Shown one piece after another: positions 19,336-30,213 of a DNA stretch of 64,000 bases. The notes under the pieces were generated by a model. That model ran no database searches. It was not told where the DNA came from and saw nothing but the letters and a program-made list of their open reading frames with translations. The DNA is from a virus (Duplodnaviria; Heunggongvirae; Uroviricota; Caudoviricetes). Location of the stretch: the IMG/VR virus record IMGVR_UViG_3300042340_000144. One strand, 5' to 3'. Positions within the stretch are counted from its first letter, which is position 1; every line of letters begins with the position of its first letter. Both the position numbers and the translations under genes were made by a program.

Positions 19336-20491
19336 TATAAAAGTCCAATATACTTACAACATAATTATAACTATCTTTACCAATTAAATTATAAAATACT
19401 TCTCTATTTTTATTATCATTTGTTACTTCAATTAGTTTTATTAAACTTATATGTTTACTTCTATCTTCTTTATATAAATTTATTAAAAAGTCAATAAAAG
19501 GAATCATATTATTCTCTAATAGTTCCTTACTAATTAAATTTTTACATAATAAATCATTAATATCTTTGGCTTCAAGGGGTAAATATATATAATATTTAGT
19601 AGTAGGATTAAGTAGTATTAAATCAATAATTTGATGTATTAGTTGTTTATAAGATTTATAATTATTAAATTCATCTTTATCACTATCAAAACAAAAACAT
19701 ATTTGTTTAAAAGGAGCTAATTTATTACTATAGTTTAATAATCCTTGTACTCCTAATATACCTACAGCTTGTAATCCTAATTGATATAAAGATATAGTAT
19801 CAACAAATCCTTCTGATATACATAATAATTTATTAGTATTATATAAATCTATAAATTGTTCTAATACTAAAGTATTTATACTAACTTCTAAATTTTTATA
19901 TCTTGGTATTAATTCATTAGGAGATCCTATATATCTACCTACAAAAGAGGTTATATAACCACTATTTGATATAACTGGAAATACAATTCTATCAATAAAG
20001 AACTCTTTATTATTTTTAAATAAACCATATTTATTTAAAAGACTTCTACTAAAATTACTTCTTAGATTTGTACCAGAGGCATAACCAATATTTATCATTT
20101 TAATAGTATTTAATGCTAGTCCTCTATTTAATAAATATTGTAAAGAATTTCCTTCTAAATCATTAATATAAGTATTATTAACTTCTTTATAAAAATTATA
20201 TTTAACTGTGTCAATATTAGTTTTAATTTTAATATTAAATCTTTCAGCTAAATCTTTAATAGATTCTTTATATTTATCTTTAGTGCCAAATAATAAATAA
20301 CTATTAAGACCTATAACATCTGCTTTAAAACCACAAGAAGCACTAAAACAATATACAAATTCATTATTAATAATAGATGCTTTTTTAACTCTATTACAAC
20401 AAGGACAGTCTATTGTTTTAGTATATTTAGTAGATAATAAATCACTAATCTTTACATTACTTTTAATTTCACTAAGAAGATCCCATGCCAT
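19325..20491 (-). CDS. DnaG-like DNA primase (zinc-binding + TOPRIM)
   Basis: 388 aa; N-terminal zinc-ribbon CPCCNRVKKASIINNEFVYCFSASCG; TOPRIM-like acidic block LCISEGFVDT ... FCFDSDKDE. Confidence 0.65.
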   Translation of the reverse strand: MAWDLLSEIKSNVKISDLLSTKYTKTIDCPCCNRVKKASIINNEFVYCFSASCGFKADVIGLNSYLLFGTKDKYKESIKDLAERFNIKIKTNIDTVKYNFYKEVNNTYINDLEGNSLQYLLNRGLALNTIKMINIGYASGTNLRSNFSRSLLNKYGLFKNNKEFFIDRIVFPVISNSGYITSFVGRYIGSPNELIPRYKNLEVSINTLVLEQFIDLYNTNKLLCISEGFVDTISLYQLGLQAVGILGVQGLLNYSNKLAPFKQICFCFDSDKDEFNNYKSYKQLIHQIIDLILLNPTTKYYIYLPLEAKDINDLLCKNLISKELLENNMIPFIDFLINLYKEDRSKHISLIKLIEVTNDNKNREVFYNLIGKDSYNYVVSILDFYSDR

Positions 20492-21671
20492 TATTAATAA
20501 ACCTTAGATACTCTGGATCAATATAACAACAACTATCAAAGTCTTTAACATTTCCTATAACTCTAATGTTTTCTATGTTTGTATTTCTAGACAAAGCAAC
20601 ATAAGCCATGCCTGAACACTTACCCATAAACTTATCATTAGCGCCCATACTTACTTGTAACTTCTCAGTTGTAATACCTTGTATACTATGAATAGTACAT
20701 GCAAATGATAACTTAAGAGGTACATAATTTATGCATCCTTCTTCAACATTAGTTTCAGGATTTACTATCTTCTTTTTAATCTTTTTAATGGCTACTGTTT
20801 TATCACTTCTTAATAGATTAATAATAATAGTATCTTTATATAGTTCTTCTACTACAGCCATATCACCATTAGCAACATAATTACCATCTACAGTTGTATG
20901 ATTAGTAATACATCTAACTAGAGTGCCTACCTTAAGTATAACTGGATCTAAGAATGAATTCCAAGAACTATCAACCTTACCAGTTTTAGTACTTCTATAT
21001 TCAAACTCATCATAACCACTAATACTTCTAAGTCTAGCTAAGTTATATGCTTCAACTTTAGCTTTTGTACTAAACAATGTTAGTCCTAAAAAGTTAGATT
21101 GAACCTCATTAACAAAACAATTATTGTCTACTAGTAATTGTTTAATCTTAGCTGTTCTACCTACTCTTAAATCATTTAAAGCTTCTTTAAACTGTAAGTT
21201 AGTTTGTCTATATATAGTAGTTAAAAACTCAGTTTCAAATCTATTAATGTATATACTTTTGAAGTATGGTTCACTGTTGATTGGTGCTAACTGTGCAATA
21301 TCACCAGTTAAATATAACTCTAACTCTTTACCAATCATCCCACCAAACACATCTAATGATTTAATCAATGCATCAATATAATCCCTAGCTAACATTGGTG
21401 CTTCATCTATTGCTATACCATTATAGTCTTGAAAGATATTGCTATAAGTCTTAAACAACTTACCACTTACAATGCCTTTAACAATATCAGCACCTGTCAA
21501 AGCTCTTAATAGAGAATGTATAGTAGTTGCTGATTCACTTAAGTTAACACTTGCAATGCCAGTACTAGCAGTTAACAATAAACCATTAGTAGATACTTCA
21601 TTTCTAAGTTTAGTACTTTTCCCAGCCCCTGATACACCAGTTACCATCTTTATCTTAGTCAACATTACCAA
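20472..21671 (-). CDS. SF1 DNA helicase (Dda/RecD-like)
   Basis: 399 aa; Walker A VTGVSGAGKST; LTASTGIAS; C-terminal motif FACTIHSIQGIT (cf. RecD/Dda ..T.HKSQGSE). Confidence 0.7.
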   Translation of the reverse strand: MVMLTKIKMVTGVSGAGKSTKLRNEVSTNGLLLTASTGIASVNLSESATTIHSLLRALTGADIVKGIVSGKLFKTYSNIFQDYNGIAIDEAPMLARDYIDALIKSLDVFGGMIGKELELYLTGDIAQLAPINSEPYFKSIYINRFETEFLTTIYRQTNLQFKEALNDLRVGRTAKIKQLLVDNNCFVNEVQSNFLGLTLFSTKAKVEAYNLARLRSISGYDEFEYRSTKTGKVDSSWNSFLDPVILKVGTLVRCITNHTTVDGNYVANGDMAVVEELYKDTIIINLLRSDKTVAIKKIKKKIVNPETNVEEGCINYVPLKLSFACTIHSIQGITTEKLQVSMGANDKFMGKCSGMAYVALSRNTNIENIRVIGNVKDFDSCCYIDPEYLRFINNGMGSS

Positions 21672-21703
21672 TTTCTTTTCATATTATTGTTTCCTCTTAA
21701 TTA

Positions 21704-22054
21704 TTATCTAAACTTACAATCATAAATATCCACCTCATACTGCACAACAGGCTTATGAAATATAATAGAAAGCTTATTACATATACTAATATCAAACCTA
21801 GCTTCTAACTTATATTCCCAATTAAACAACACATTTAATAATAATTTAATAGCATCTAATAACTTATAAGATGTATCTTTTATAATTGATTCTAGAAGTA
21901 TATAATCTTCTTTATCTTTGTCTCTGCTATACATAAGAGGGCTATATTCAGTATATAAAGTATTATTATATTCTGCTATGTTTAACTCTTTTAATACAGC
22001 TTCTAAGTTATTTAAAGCTGGCCCAATCTCATCATCTGTATAATGTTTCTTCAT
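21704..22054 (-). CDS. hypothetical protein
   Basis: 116-aa ORF. Confidence 0.35.
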   Translation of the reverse strand: MKKHYTDDEIGPALNNLEAVLKELNIAEYNNTLYTEYSPLMYSRDKDKEDYILLESIIKDTSYKLLDAIKLLLNVLFNWEYKLEARFDISICNKLSIIFHKPVVQYEVDIYDCKFR

Positions 22055-22422
22055 TACAATTCAAACTCTTTAGTGACACTTTCAATATAATTTATATCAA
22101 CTTTAATATTACTTTTATTAGTTATTTCTACAAAGAATGTAGCTTCTTGTTTTATTAGATGTTTATACTTTTCTAACATTAAATCTTGAAGAGGATTGTT
22201 TAATTCAAGATATTTATTAACACTTAAATAGCTATAAAATTTGTATTCATCTCCTTCTTTAGCTATTACAAAATCATAATGATATGGATATTTTAAATTA
22301 GGATATAGAGTTAATTTATCTTTTATTATTTTAATTAATAAACACATTCTCTTCACCATATATACTGTTATATGTATTAAGTCTAGTTTTAGATTGACCT
22401 GCTGGCCATCCAATAGGATCAA
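22054..22422 (-). CDS. hypothetical protein (true start probably internal Met)
   Basis: 122-aa ORF whose 5' 92 nt overlap the helicase gene 3' end; an internal ATG (MVKRM...) is a more plausible start. Confidence 0.3.
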   Translation of the reverse strand: MILLDGQQVNLKLDLIHITVYMVKRMCLLIKIIKDKLTLYPNLKYPYHYDFVIAKEGDEYKFYSYLSVNKYLELNNPLQDLMLEKYKHLIKQEATFFVEITNKSNIKVDINYIESVTKEFEL

Positions 22423-23527
22423 TAAAGTCTATAACTTCACCATAACTCTTAGTAAAACTCTTTCTAAGTACCCTACCAACTCTCTGTAATAACAATGTTG
22501 CAGATGAATTAGCAGCAGCTAATACAACTACTTCTAAACCAGGTAAATCAGTGCCTTCTGTTAATATATTTGGTCCTGCTATTAATACACAGTTGGGTTT
22601 ATTAATATTAGTCAAACCTTTAACATCACCACCCTTAATAATGTGTACTTCCTTGTTACCTCCATAAGTTAATTCTATTAATTCTTTAAGAATAACAGCA
22701 TGATTATTCTTTGTAGTATTAACCTTATTAACAATAATTACAGTAGGTTTATTAGGTTGTATTAATTTAACTATTAAATCATTTCTACCTTTATTGTTAA
22801 TAATTAAACTATCAATTTGTTTGTTATATGCAAAATGTGAAAAGGTACAATTAATAAATCTTGGATTACAATAAGCAACAGGACTTTTATATAAGTTAAT
22901 TCTTGGTAATGATATACATCCTAATTGTATTGCTTCCTTTTCTGTTAATTCATATAATAGAGGGCCATATAACTTATTAATTAAGTTATTAGTATCTATA
23001 TCATCAGTATAAGGGGTGGCTGATAATGCAGTAATACATTTAACATTAACAAGTTTATTATATAACTCAATACCACTTTGATTGATATACTTATGACTTT
23101 CATCATATATAGCATAATCTATCAAATCTAAGTTATCAATCTTATTTAAACTACCAACTAAACCTACAGTTATATTAGCCCATATGGGTGTTTTATTACC
23201 ATCACCAATACTATCAATAGTTATACTTGTATCTTTTAAATATTCTTTTAAAACATTAGTAATTTGATGTAATAAATCAATCTTAGCAGCTACAACAAGT
23301 ATATGTTTTACACTAATCTTTCTACATAACTCAGCTATAATCCAAGTCTTACCAGTACCTGTAGCAAGCTTTAAAACACCACTACCATTAGTTAATACTT
23401 GTGCTATAGCCTCCATTTGATGTTGATATAAGCCACTTGTCCAACCTTTAATAAAAGGTAAAGGGACTATTTTATTAGTCCCTTTAAAACAAGTATTAGA
23501 AGTGTCTAGTACTTTATCCTTTAACAT
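22331..23527 (-). CDS. SF2 DEAD/DEAH-box-type DNA helicase
   Basis: 398 aa; motif I LKLATGTGKT, motif II IYDESHKY, motif III ALSATP, motif VI LLQRVGRVLR. Confidence 0.7.
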   Translation of the reverse strand: MLKDKVLDTSNTCFKGTNKIVPLPFIKGWTSGLYQHQMEAIAQVLTNGSGVLKLATGTGKTWIIAELCRKISVKHILVVAAKIDLLHQITNVLKEYLKDTSITIDSIGDGNKTPIWANITVGLVGSLNKIDNLDLIDYAIYDESHKYINQSGIELYNKLVNVKCITALSATPYTDDIDTNNLINKLYGPLLYELTEKEAIQLGCISLPRINLYKSPVAYCNPRFINCTFSHFAYNKQIDSLIINNKGRNDLIVKLIQPNKPTVIIVNKVNTTKNNHAVILKELIELTYGGNKEVHIIKGGDVKGLTNINKPNCVLIAGPNILTEGTDLPGLEVVVLAAANSSATLLLQRVGRVLRKSFTKSYGEVIDFIDPIGWPAGQSKTRLNTYNSIYGEENVFIN

Positions 23528-24670
23528 TTAAAAGCCTGATAGGTTAGTAGCTTTAGTAATCTCTTCTTGTTGTTGTTGAATAACTTCTGGAGAAGGTGGG
23601 GTATAGTTACCTCTAAGTTCAGTTGTAAACTTATTAAAAGGCACTCTAGTTTCTACAAACTCAGGTTTATTTTCTTTCCAATGTTGTACAATAGGTGCCA
23701 ATTCAGAACTATCATAACCACCATCTGATAGAAATGATAGATTAGCAACTGGATCATTAGGAATGATATCAATTACTAATTTCCATTGAATGATGTTAAA
23801 GAAATTAGAACTAGCTTTTCTTACCTTTTCAAAGAATGAACCAAAACCATCAATAGGTTCAATACCCTTATCTTTATCACCAAATGAACCAGCAATATAA
23901 CTACCACTTAGATTCATATAAGCTGGTAGAAACTCATGTTTGATTGGTGTGGTTTTACCATTAGCAAGATCCCAACTAGAAGCAAAATGAATATCACTAA
24001 CAGGTGTATATACAGTAGTTTTAGTCTTCTTATTAACCACACCTAGATGAGTAATATAAAGTACTAATACACCCTTTTCCTTACATCTATCTTTAGTATC
24101 TGATGCATTTACATTACATCCTTGTTTAATACAATCAGCACAAGTCATACCTTTACTACCAACAGCATTAGTTTTAATTAAATCCTTACTTGGCACCTTA
24201 TAACCATTAGTAGAACCCTTACTATATTGCCATTTAACAGGAATAATTACTGGTTCATTAGTTACATAATCACCATCCTTTTGACCAATAACTTTACAAT
24301 GAGATGTAAACTTCTCATCTTTAAACTCAGACCATTCATGAGCATCATTATACTCAACAGCATAAGCTTTAATAGATGTTGGAATGATTTCTCTATCTAA
24401 CTCTGCATCAGAGAAGGGAGTAAGAATATTCTTACCAGCCTTTTCTTCTTCTGGAGTGCTAGCTTTACTATAAGGCATATAAAAAGTATAAATAGCCTTC
24501 TTAGCATAATCACCAATCTTATAAAAGTCTTTTGGTACTACATTATAAGGAGTAATACCAGCATAATCTTTATTATTACTACTTGAATATTCAGTCTTAT
24601 TAGAAGTGTCAAGGATGCCTAATTCAGCCATCAACTTCATTGATTCTTCTACTTGTGTCAAATCAGCCAT
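23528..24670 (-). CDS. hypothetical replication-module protein with Cys cluster
   Basis: 380 aa; cluster GMTCADCIKQGC...RC; position between helicases and clamp loader; SSB-like role possible but unsupported. Confidence 0.4.
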   Translation of the reverse strand: MADLTQVEESMKLMAELGILDTSNKTEYSSSNNKDYAGITPYNVVPKDFYKIGDYAKKAIYTFYMPYSKASTPEEEKAGKNILTPFSDAELDREIIPTSIKAYAVEYNDAHEWSEFKDEKFTSHCKVIGQKDGDYVTNEPVIIPVKWQYSKGSTNGYKVPSKDLIKTNAVGSKGMTCADCIKQGCNVNASDTKDRCKEKGVLVLYITHLGVVNKKTKTTVYTPVSDIHFASSWDLANGKTTPIKHEFLPAYMNLSGSYIAGSFGDKDKGIEPIDGFGSFFEKVRKASSNFFNIIQWKLVIDIIPNDPVANLSFLSDGGYDSSELAPIVQHWKENKPEFVETRVPFNKFTTELRGNYTPPSPEVIQQQQEEITKATNLSGF

Positions 24671-25362
24671 TATATTTGTTCTCTTGTTTGTGCATATAAT
24701 TCTAACTTAATTAATGCAAACTTAAGAGTAATACTACCCTCTAATACTGTCATCTTTAATAATTCAAAGTATGATAAAACTTGTGCATCTATGTTTTTAC
24801 AAGAGTTTAAAACTCCTTTTATTATAAATAAATACCAAAGTGTATTAGAATCCAAACTTAATATTGTAGTGTAATTAATTCCACCTTTACCTACATTGTT
24901 GATGTAGTCCCAAACATCAACTCTACTATTAACATATAATATATTTAATAATTTAATTGTTATTACTTGTTCTAATCCTTCTAAGTATTCTAATTCATTT
25001 AACCATTTATAAGGATTGGCCCATTTCTTACACAAATCTACAAAGTAGTTATAAGATACAAGATCAAATAAATCTAACTTATCACTTATAAGATAACTAA
25101 AATCACTAAATCCTAATTGACTCTTAGCTAACTTATCATCAACTACAAGTATTAGATTATTACTTTTATGTTGAGGTATTTTACCTTTATACTTTCTAAT
25201 TAGATAGCAACTATTAATAAGTTCTCCATCATCATTATAACTTGGACTAGCCTTATTTAAGTTGTTTATATAATTACTTTCAACAGATGTTGTTATTATT
25301 AAAGGTTTATACTTATAACAAAAATACAAATCCTCACTACTTTTAATATATACAATACTCAA
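24670..25362 (-). CDS. hypothetical protein (possible clamp-loader accessory subunit)
   Basis: 230 aa; overlaps 3' end of clamp-loader gene, suggesting coupling; no motif. Confidence 0.3.
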   Translation of the reverse strand: MSIVYIKSSEDLYFCYKYKPLIITTSVESNYINNLNKASPSYNDDGELINSCYLIRKYKGKIPQHKSNNLILVVDDKLAKSQLGFSDFSYLISDKLDLFDLVSYNYFVDLCKKWANPYKWLNELEYLEGLEQVITIKLLNILYVNSRVDVWDYINNVGKGGINYTTILSLDSNTLWYLFIIKGVLNSCKNIDAQVLSYFELLKMTVLEGSITLKFALIKLELYAQTREQI

Positions 25363-26398
25363 GATAATAATCCTCTAAAGATTTAATACTTGTAAATGAT
25401 TTAATATCTTTTGTAATAGTAATAACTTGTCTTTCTTCTTCTTGTTTAAAACCTTTTAGTAAACTTATATAATTAGATAAAGATACTTTTATATTACCAC
25501 TTGAATACTTAATAAGTAAATCTAAATCATGTATAAGATTATCTGTGGGCACTTTACTTATTTGTTCTATTAAATCATCTATTAACAGCTTAATAAGAAC
25601 ATTACTATTACATTGTCTTAGCCACTCATTACATATATTTATAGCTACTTTATAGTTTTTATTATATAAAGAATGCCATAAATCTAATCTATTATTAGCG
25701 TTACCTAATAGTATCTGTCCAATGTTTTTAGTTTCATCAATAGTATTACAATATTCAACTAAACTACTAATCTTTCTCAAATTACCATCTGATAAAGAAG
25801 CCAATAACTTAGCATCTTTATATGTTAAGGACCAATTATCCATAACATAATCAATACAATCTTTAATAGTATGACTATTAAGTTCAATCTCTTTACATCT
25901 ACTTGATAAAGCATCTAATATAGTATTAGATAGTTTACTTAAGTCCATAGATATAAGTATCCAAGTTGTAGTCTTAGGTGTTATATCTATATATCCTAAA
26001 AGGCTTTGTATATGACTACTAGTAAGTAACTGAATCTCATCTAATACTACAAACTTTCTAGTAAAACCAACACCATTTAAGTATAAAGGTGCTTCTTTGG
26101 CCCATAAGTTAATGTCATATAACATGTCTGACATGCCATCTAAACTAGCTACTTGATGCCATTTTACATTGTCCATCTCTCTAATATTAGATAAACAATA
26201 ATCACATTCTCCACAAGGTTTATTTGACTCACCAGCACACAATACAGACCTAATACTTAACTCTGTAAGTAAACTTTTACCTACACCTGGAGGGCCAGTT
26301 ATAAGTATTGCAGAGGGAAATCTATTATTACTAATACAATTTTGCATATATTTAACTGCATTAGTTTGACCTTTATAATCATCCCAACTAATAGTCAT
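25343..26398 (-). CDS. clamp-loader ATPase (DnaX gamma/tau-like)
   Basis: 351 aa; Walker A ITGPPGVGKS; DnaX-type zinc module CGECDYC; Walker B VVLDEIQLL; sensor region SRC. Confidence 0.7.
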   Translation of the reverse strand: MTISWDDYKGQTNAVKYMQNCISNNRFPSAILITGPPGVGKSLLTELSIRSVLCAGESNKPCGECDYCLSNIREMDNVKWHQVASLDGMSDMLYDINLWAKEAPLYLNGVGFTRKFVVLDEIQLLTSSHIQSLLGYIDITPKTTTWILISMDLSKLSNTILDALSSRCKEIELNSHTIKDCIDYVMDNWSLTYKDAKLLASLSDGNLRKISSLVEYCNTIDETKNIGQILLGNANNRLDLWHSLYNKNYKVAINICNEWLRQCNSNVLIKLLIDDLIEQISKVPTDNLIHDLDLLIKYSSGNIKVSLSNYISLLKGFKQEEERQVITITKDIKSFTSIKSLEDYYLEYCIY

Positions 26399-26412
26399 AT
26401 AAATTAATTACA

Positions 26413-27051
26413 TTATTGTTCATTAATAACTCCAGCTAACTGCATAAATCTAATTAAATCTTGTTTAAATAACCAAGTATGACTATAAGGTAACACTGGT
26501 AATACTAAACTACCATCATCATTCTTTGGTAAATACCTAAGAGGTGTGATAGGATTCCAAGTAACAACACAAGGCCTTCCAGCATAAGTTAAACTTGTAT
26601 CATTTCTATACTTGCCAATAGTTGCTTTACTACCAAATAACTGTATTAAAGCTTCAGATGATGCTACTAATATAGGAGTTTTATCCTTACATTTACTAAG
26701 TTCAAATTGAGTCCAATTACCACATTGAGTAATACAACTTGTTAGTTCCTTTTTAACATTCTTAGTACTACAACTAATAGCATTAGTAAAGAAGAAATGA
26801 TTATCTATTGTTTGATTATTAGATATAGATCTCATAACCTTTCTAAGAAAACCACCAGCATTTAAATAATTACCAGCTTCTACTAATACTTGCTTTTGTA
26901 ACTCCTCTTCTTTGCCACTATAAGCACTAATAATAATGCCACTTACATTACTAAGTGGCACTTCTGATTGGCCCCATATAGGAGCAGATCTAGCACTTGA
27001 TAAGTGACAATTAGAACATGTATTAGGCAAACCAATTGCTCTATATGTCAT
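26413..27051 (-). CDS. uracil-DNA-glycosylase-superfamily (family-4-like fold) protein with divergent catalytic motifs
   Basis: 212 aa; order of blocks IIISAYSGKEEE...VEAGNYL / FFTNAISCSTKN / ILVASSEALIQLFG / VVTWNPITPLR parallels family-4 UDG (GEGPGEEE.../ITNIVKCRPP/.../HPA..LR), but GEGPG and His are replaced. Confidence 0.4.
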   Translation of the reverse strand: MTYRAIGLPNTCSNCHLSSARSAPIWGQSEVPLSNVSGIIISAYSGKEEELQKQVLVEAGNYLNAGGFLRKVMRSISNNQTIDNHFFFTNAISCSTKNVKKELTSCITQCGNWTQFELSKCKDKTPILVASSEALIQLFGSKATIGKYRNDTSLTYAGRPCVVTWNPITPLRYLPKNDDGSLVLPVLPYSHTWLFKQDLIRFMQLAGVINEQ

Positions 27052-27296
27052 AGATGTAAATAATCAGCTAATGCATTAATAACCTTTTCTTTATTAGCAT
27101 CTTGGGCCAAATATAAAATTTTATTAGTATGCTCTCTATCCATATGAGTCTTATTATCCTCATCCCATTGTCTAACTAAAAAGCTAACTATTTTATCTAG
27201 TTGTTCTTTAGTAGACATATCTAACAAATCTCTAAACAAATTAACAGTTAATACTAACTGTTTATCTGTCATCTTTAAATGTTTAACTTCCATCAT
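27048..27296 (-). CDS. hypothetical protein
   Basis: 82-aa ORF. Confidence 0.3.
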   Translation of the reverse strand: MMEVKHLKMTDKQLVLTVNLFRDLLDMSTKEQLDKIVSFLVRQWDEDNKTHMDREHTNKILYLAQDANKEKVINALADYLHL

Positions 27297-27301
27297 AATT
27301 A

Positions 27302-27553
27302 TTATTCCAACATATCAATAAAAGTTTGTGCTCTATTAATTTCTCTATCATCCCAATCCCAAAACTCTTTTTGTTTATCTAATAATTGTTGAGCAGTAAC
27401 AATGTCCTTTTTATCAATGGCATACCATATCTCATTTGGTACAACCCATTGACTAGATACAAAGTTCCAATGACAAACTAACTCTCTAAATATAAGTTTA
27501 GGATGCTTTTTAGTAATAATTACTTTAAATATATAACTAACTTCATCTAACAT
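27302..27553 (-). CDS. hypothetical protein
   Basis: 83-aa ORF. Confidence 0.3.
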   Translation of the reverse strand: MLDEVSYIFKVIITKKHPKLIFRELVCHWNFVSSQWVVPNEIWYAIDKKDIVTAQQLLDKQKEFWDWDDREINRAQTFIDMLE

Positions 27554-27712
27554 AATTAAGTACCAAATACTCTATTATATTCTTTAATTAATATAGGATC
27601 TTCTAGGTTTACTACTTGTCTTGTAGCAGCTTGTTCATTCTTATATTCTTGCTTATTAACATAATAATTAATAAGCTCTGTTCTATATTGTTGTCTTTGT
27701 TGTTCTGTCATA

Positions 27713-27964
27713 TTAGTAGATCCAATCATTATTGTTAATCTTATTAATTACATCTTGCAGTTGTTCTTTAAAGTTATTACCAACGCCTTCTATATATCCT
27801 GTTTCCCATTCATGTTCATCAGTAGCCCAGTTATTAACAGTGTATGTTTTAGTTAATTTAATAACTATATTTTGCCAATAAGTATTAATAACCTCAAGTG
27901 AACAGTGGTTACTCTCATCACTAATAGTTTTATATAGTTCTAACCATAACTCCTGTTCATCCAT
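27713..27964 (-). CDS. hypothetical protein
   Basis: 83-aa ORF, directly upstream of clamp-like gene. Confidence 0.3.
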   Translation of the reverse strand: MDEQELWLELYKTISDESNHCSLEVINTYWQNIVIKLTKTYTVNNWATDEHEWETGYIEGVGNNFKEQLQDVINKINNNDWIY

Positions 27965-29118
27965 TTACTTCACACTTGTATACACAATAGTAGTAGTTTC
28001 AATTGCACCATTATCAGGACTATTAATAACAAGTATAACAATGTCAGTATCTTCAAAGCCTTTAACAACTGTTACTCTTTGGTTAATAGTAATACCAACA
28101 CAACTATTATTAGTTAATTGTAAAGCTTGTTTGAGGTGATTAACTTCCAATGAAACATCAACAAAATCACCATCATATAGTTCTGGTTTTAATTTAGCTG
28201 GTTCTTTACTACTACCACTAAATACTTCTAACATAGTGTTTGTTTTGTCACTTGTTAGATTAATATAATCACCTTCAGTGTGAAAAGAAATAGCTAAGTC
28301 TAACTCAGATCTTTTAACTGTAATACAACCACCAGCATCTAAAGCATATATGTTATTAATAGTTTTCTCTATATTAGTAATACTATTTAAACTCTTATAA
28401 CATACAACACCCTTATCAGATGCAAACATTAACCATTTATTATTACTATTATAACCTATGGTAATAGAAGGCCCTAAGAAGGACAAAGTACTATTTAATA
28501 AAGAAGGTTTAATAGCAAATGTTATGTTACCAATACTATCTAATTTAGACATAAATAGATTATTACCAGTGGTGCCAAATTTACCACTAATACATAACTC
28601 TTTACTATCTCCTTTAATACCAATAACACTACTATCACAAGTCTTAGCAATGTCACTAACAGCAGTTAAATGTGGCACTAAAGTTGTATTATCTTCATCT
28701 AGTACATTATATTTAGTTTCACTTAAGAAGTCAGAATTAATAAATGAAACATTATCAACCCATATTGATTCTCCAATTGAACCTAAGTTTAATAGACTAA
28801 ATGTAAGTACATTATTAGTTAAACTTACTTTTAAATATTGTGTTTTAGAAGGTATCTTAGATAATAATAAAGACAGCTTTGTATGATGTATTAAACAAGT
28901 ACCTTCAACATTATTAGTGCCTTCTAAAGGTATATAAAACTTAACTCCATAACTATTATTAATAGCTGTAAATGTAAGTTTATCACCTTCAACAGGATCA
29001 ACAGTAATAGTAATTTCAACACACTGTTCTAAGGAAGAATTCATCTTAGAATTAGCTAGATTAATAGCTTGTTTAGCAGTAGTTTTAAATCTTGTTATAT
29101 CAGTAATTGCAAATAACA

Positions 29119-29119
<1 letters not shown>
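27965..29119 (-). CDS. DNA polymerase sliding-clamp (beta-clamp-like), putative
   Basis: 384 aa (beta-clamp size), located between clamp-loader and polymerase genes; no catalytic motifs; assignment by size, context and repetitive beta-rich composition. Confidence 0.4.
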
Positions 29120-29727
<608 letters not shown>

Positions 29728-29795
29728 GTATTTGTATACTGTAAATTAATATTAAATATCAAACTTAAAGTGGTGTAGTGTTATTAATATTTATA

Positions 29796-29957
29796 TTATT
29801 TCTTCCAACAAGGGGCAATTGTAAGTGAACTAAAACCACCAGTCTCACAACCAAAGTACTTATATAACATATCCCCTTGCACTTTTTCCATCAATTCCTT
29901 AAGTTTATTACCAACTTCTTCTGCCATTGGTTTATATAACTCATATACTATTTCATC
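29796..29957 (-). CDS. family A DNA polymerase, exon 2 (C-terminal 53 aa)
   Basis: Manual translation of minus strand: DEIVYELYKPMAEEVGNKLKELMEKVQGDMLYKYFGCETGGFSSLTIAPCWKK*. Joined to the exon 1 end ...IVALVH it restores motif C VHDEIV and a Pol I-like C-terminus. Confidence 0.8.
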   Translation of the reverse strand, partial: DEIVYELYKPMAEEVGNKLKELMEKVQGDMLYKYFGCETGGFSSLTIAPCWKK

Positions 29958-30213
29958 CACTTATGTTACATGTTAGTCGTTGCCACTAACACTCTTATAC
30001 TTTCATATAAGATCAGACTATATCACCAACTATAATTATTATAGTTGCCTACCGTTTGGGGCCTACTCAGGCTCTACATCCTATTGGATTAGTCGTTGGG
30101 CATTTATATTAATATATTACTACTAATAATTTAGCAAAGGGTTACCATATACATAATAGTACTTAGGCTTTCTCTTTTTAGGTATAGGTTTAAAGTGCAC
30201 AATTGGATAGTTT
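29958..30213 (-). other. group I self-splicing intron (256 nt, ORF-less) in DNA polymerase gene
   Basis: Upstream exon ends in U (CAU His). P1 pairs exon GUGCAU with IGS GUGCAC, including the terminal U.G wobble. The intron ends in G. Conserved R-like CAACGACUAA and S-like GAUAUAGUCUG elements give P7 GACUA/UAGUC. P8-like GCCUGAGUAGGC and P9-like GUUAGU-GGCAACG-ACUAAC hairpins are also present. Confidence 0.8.
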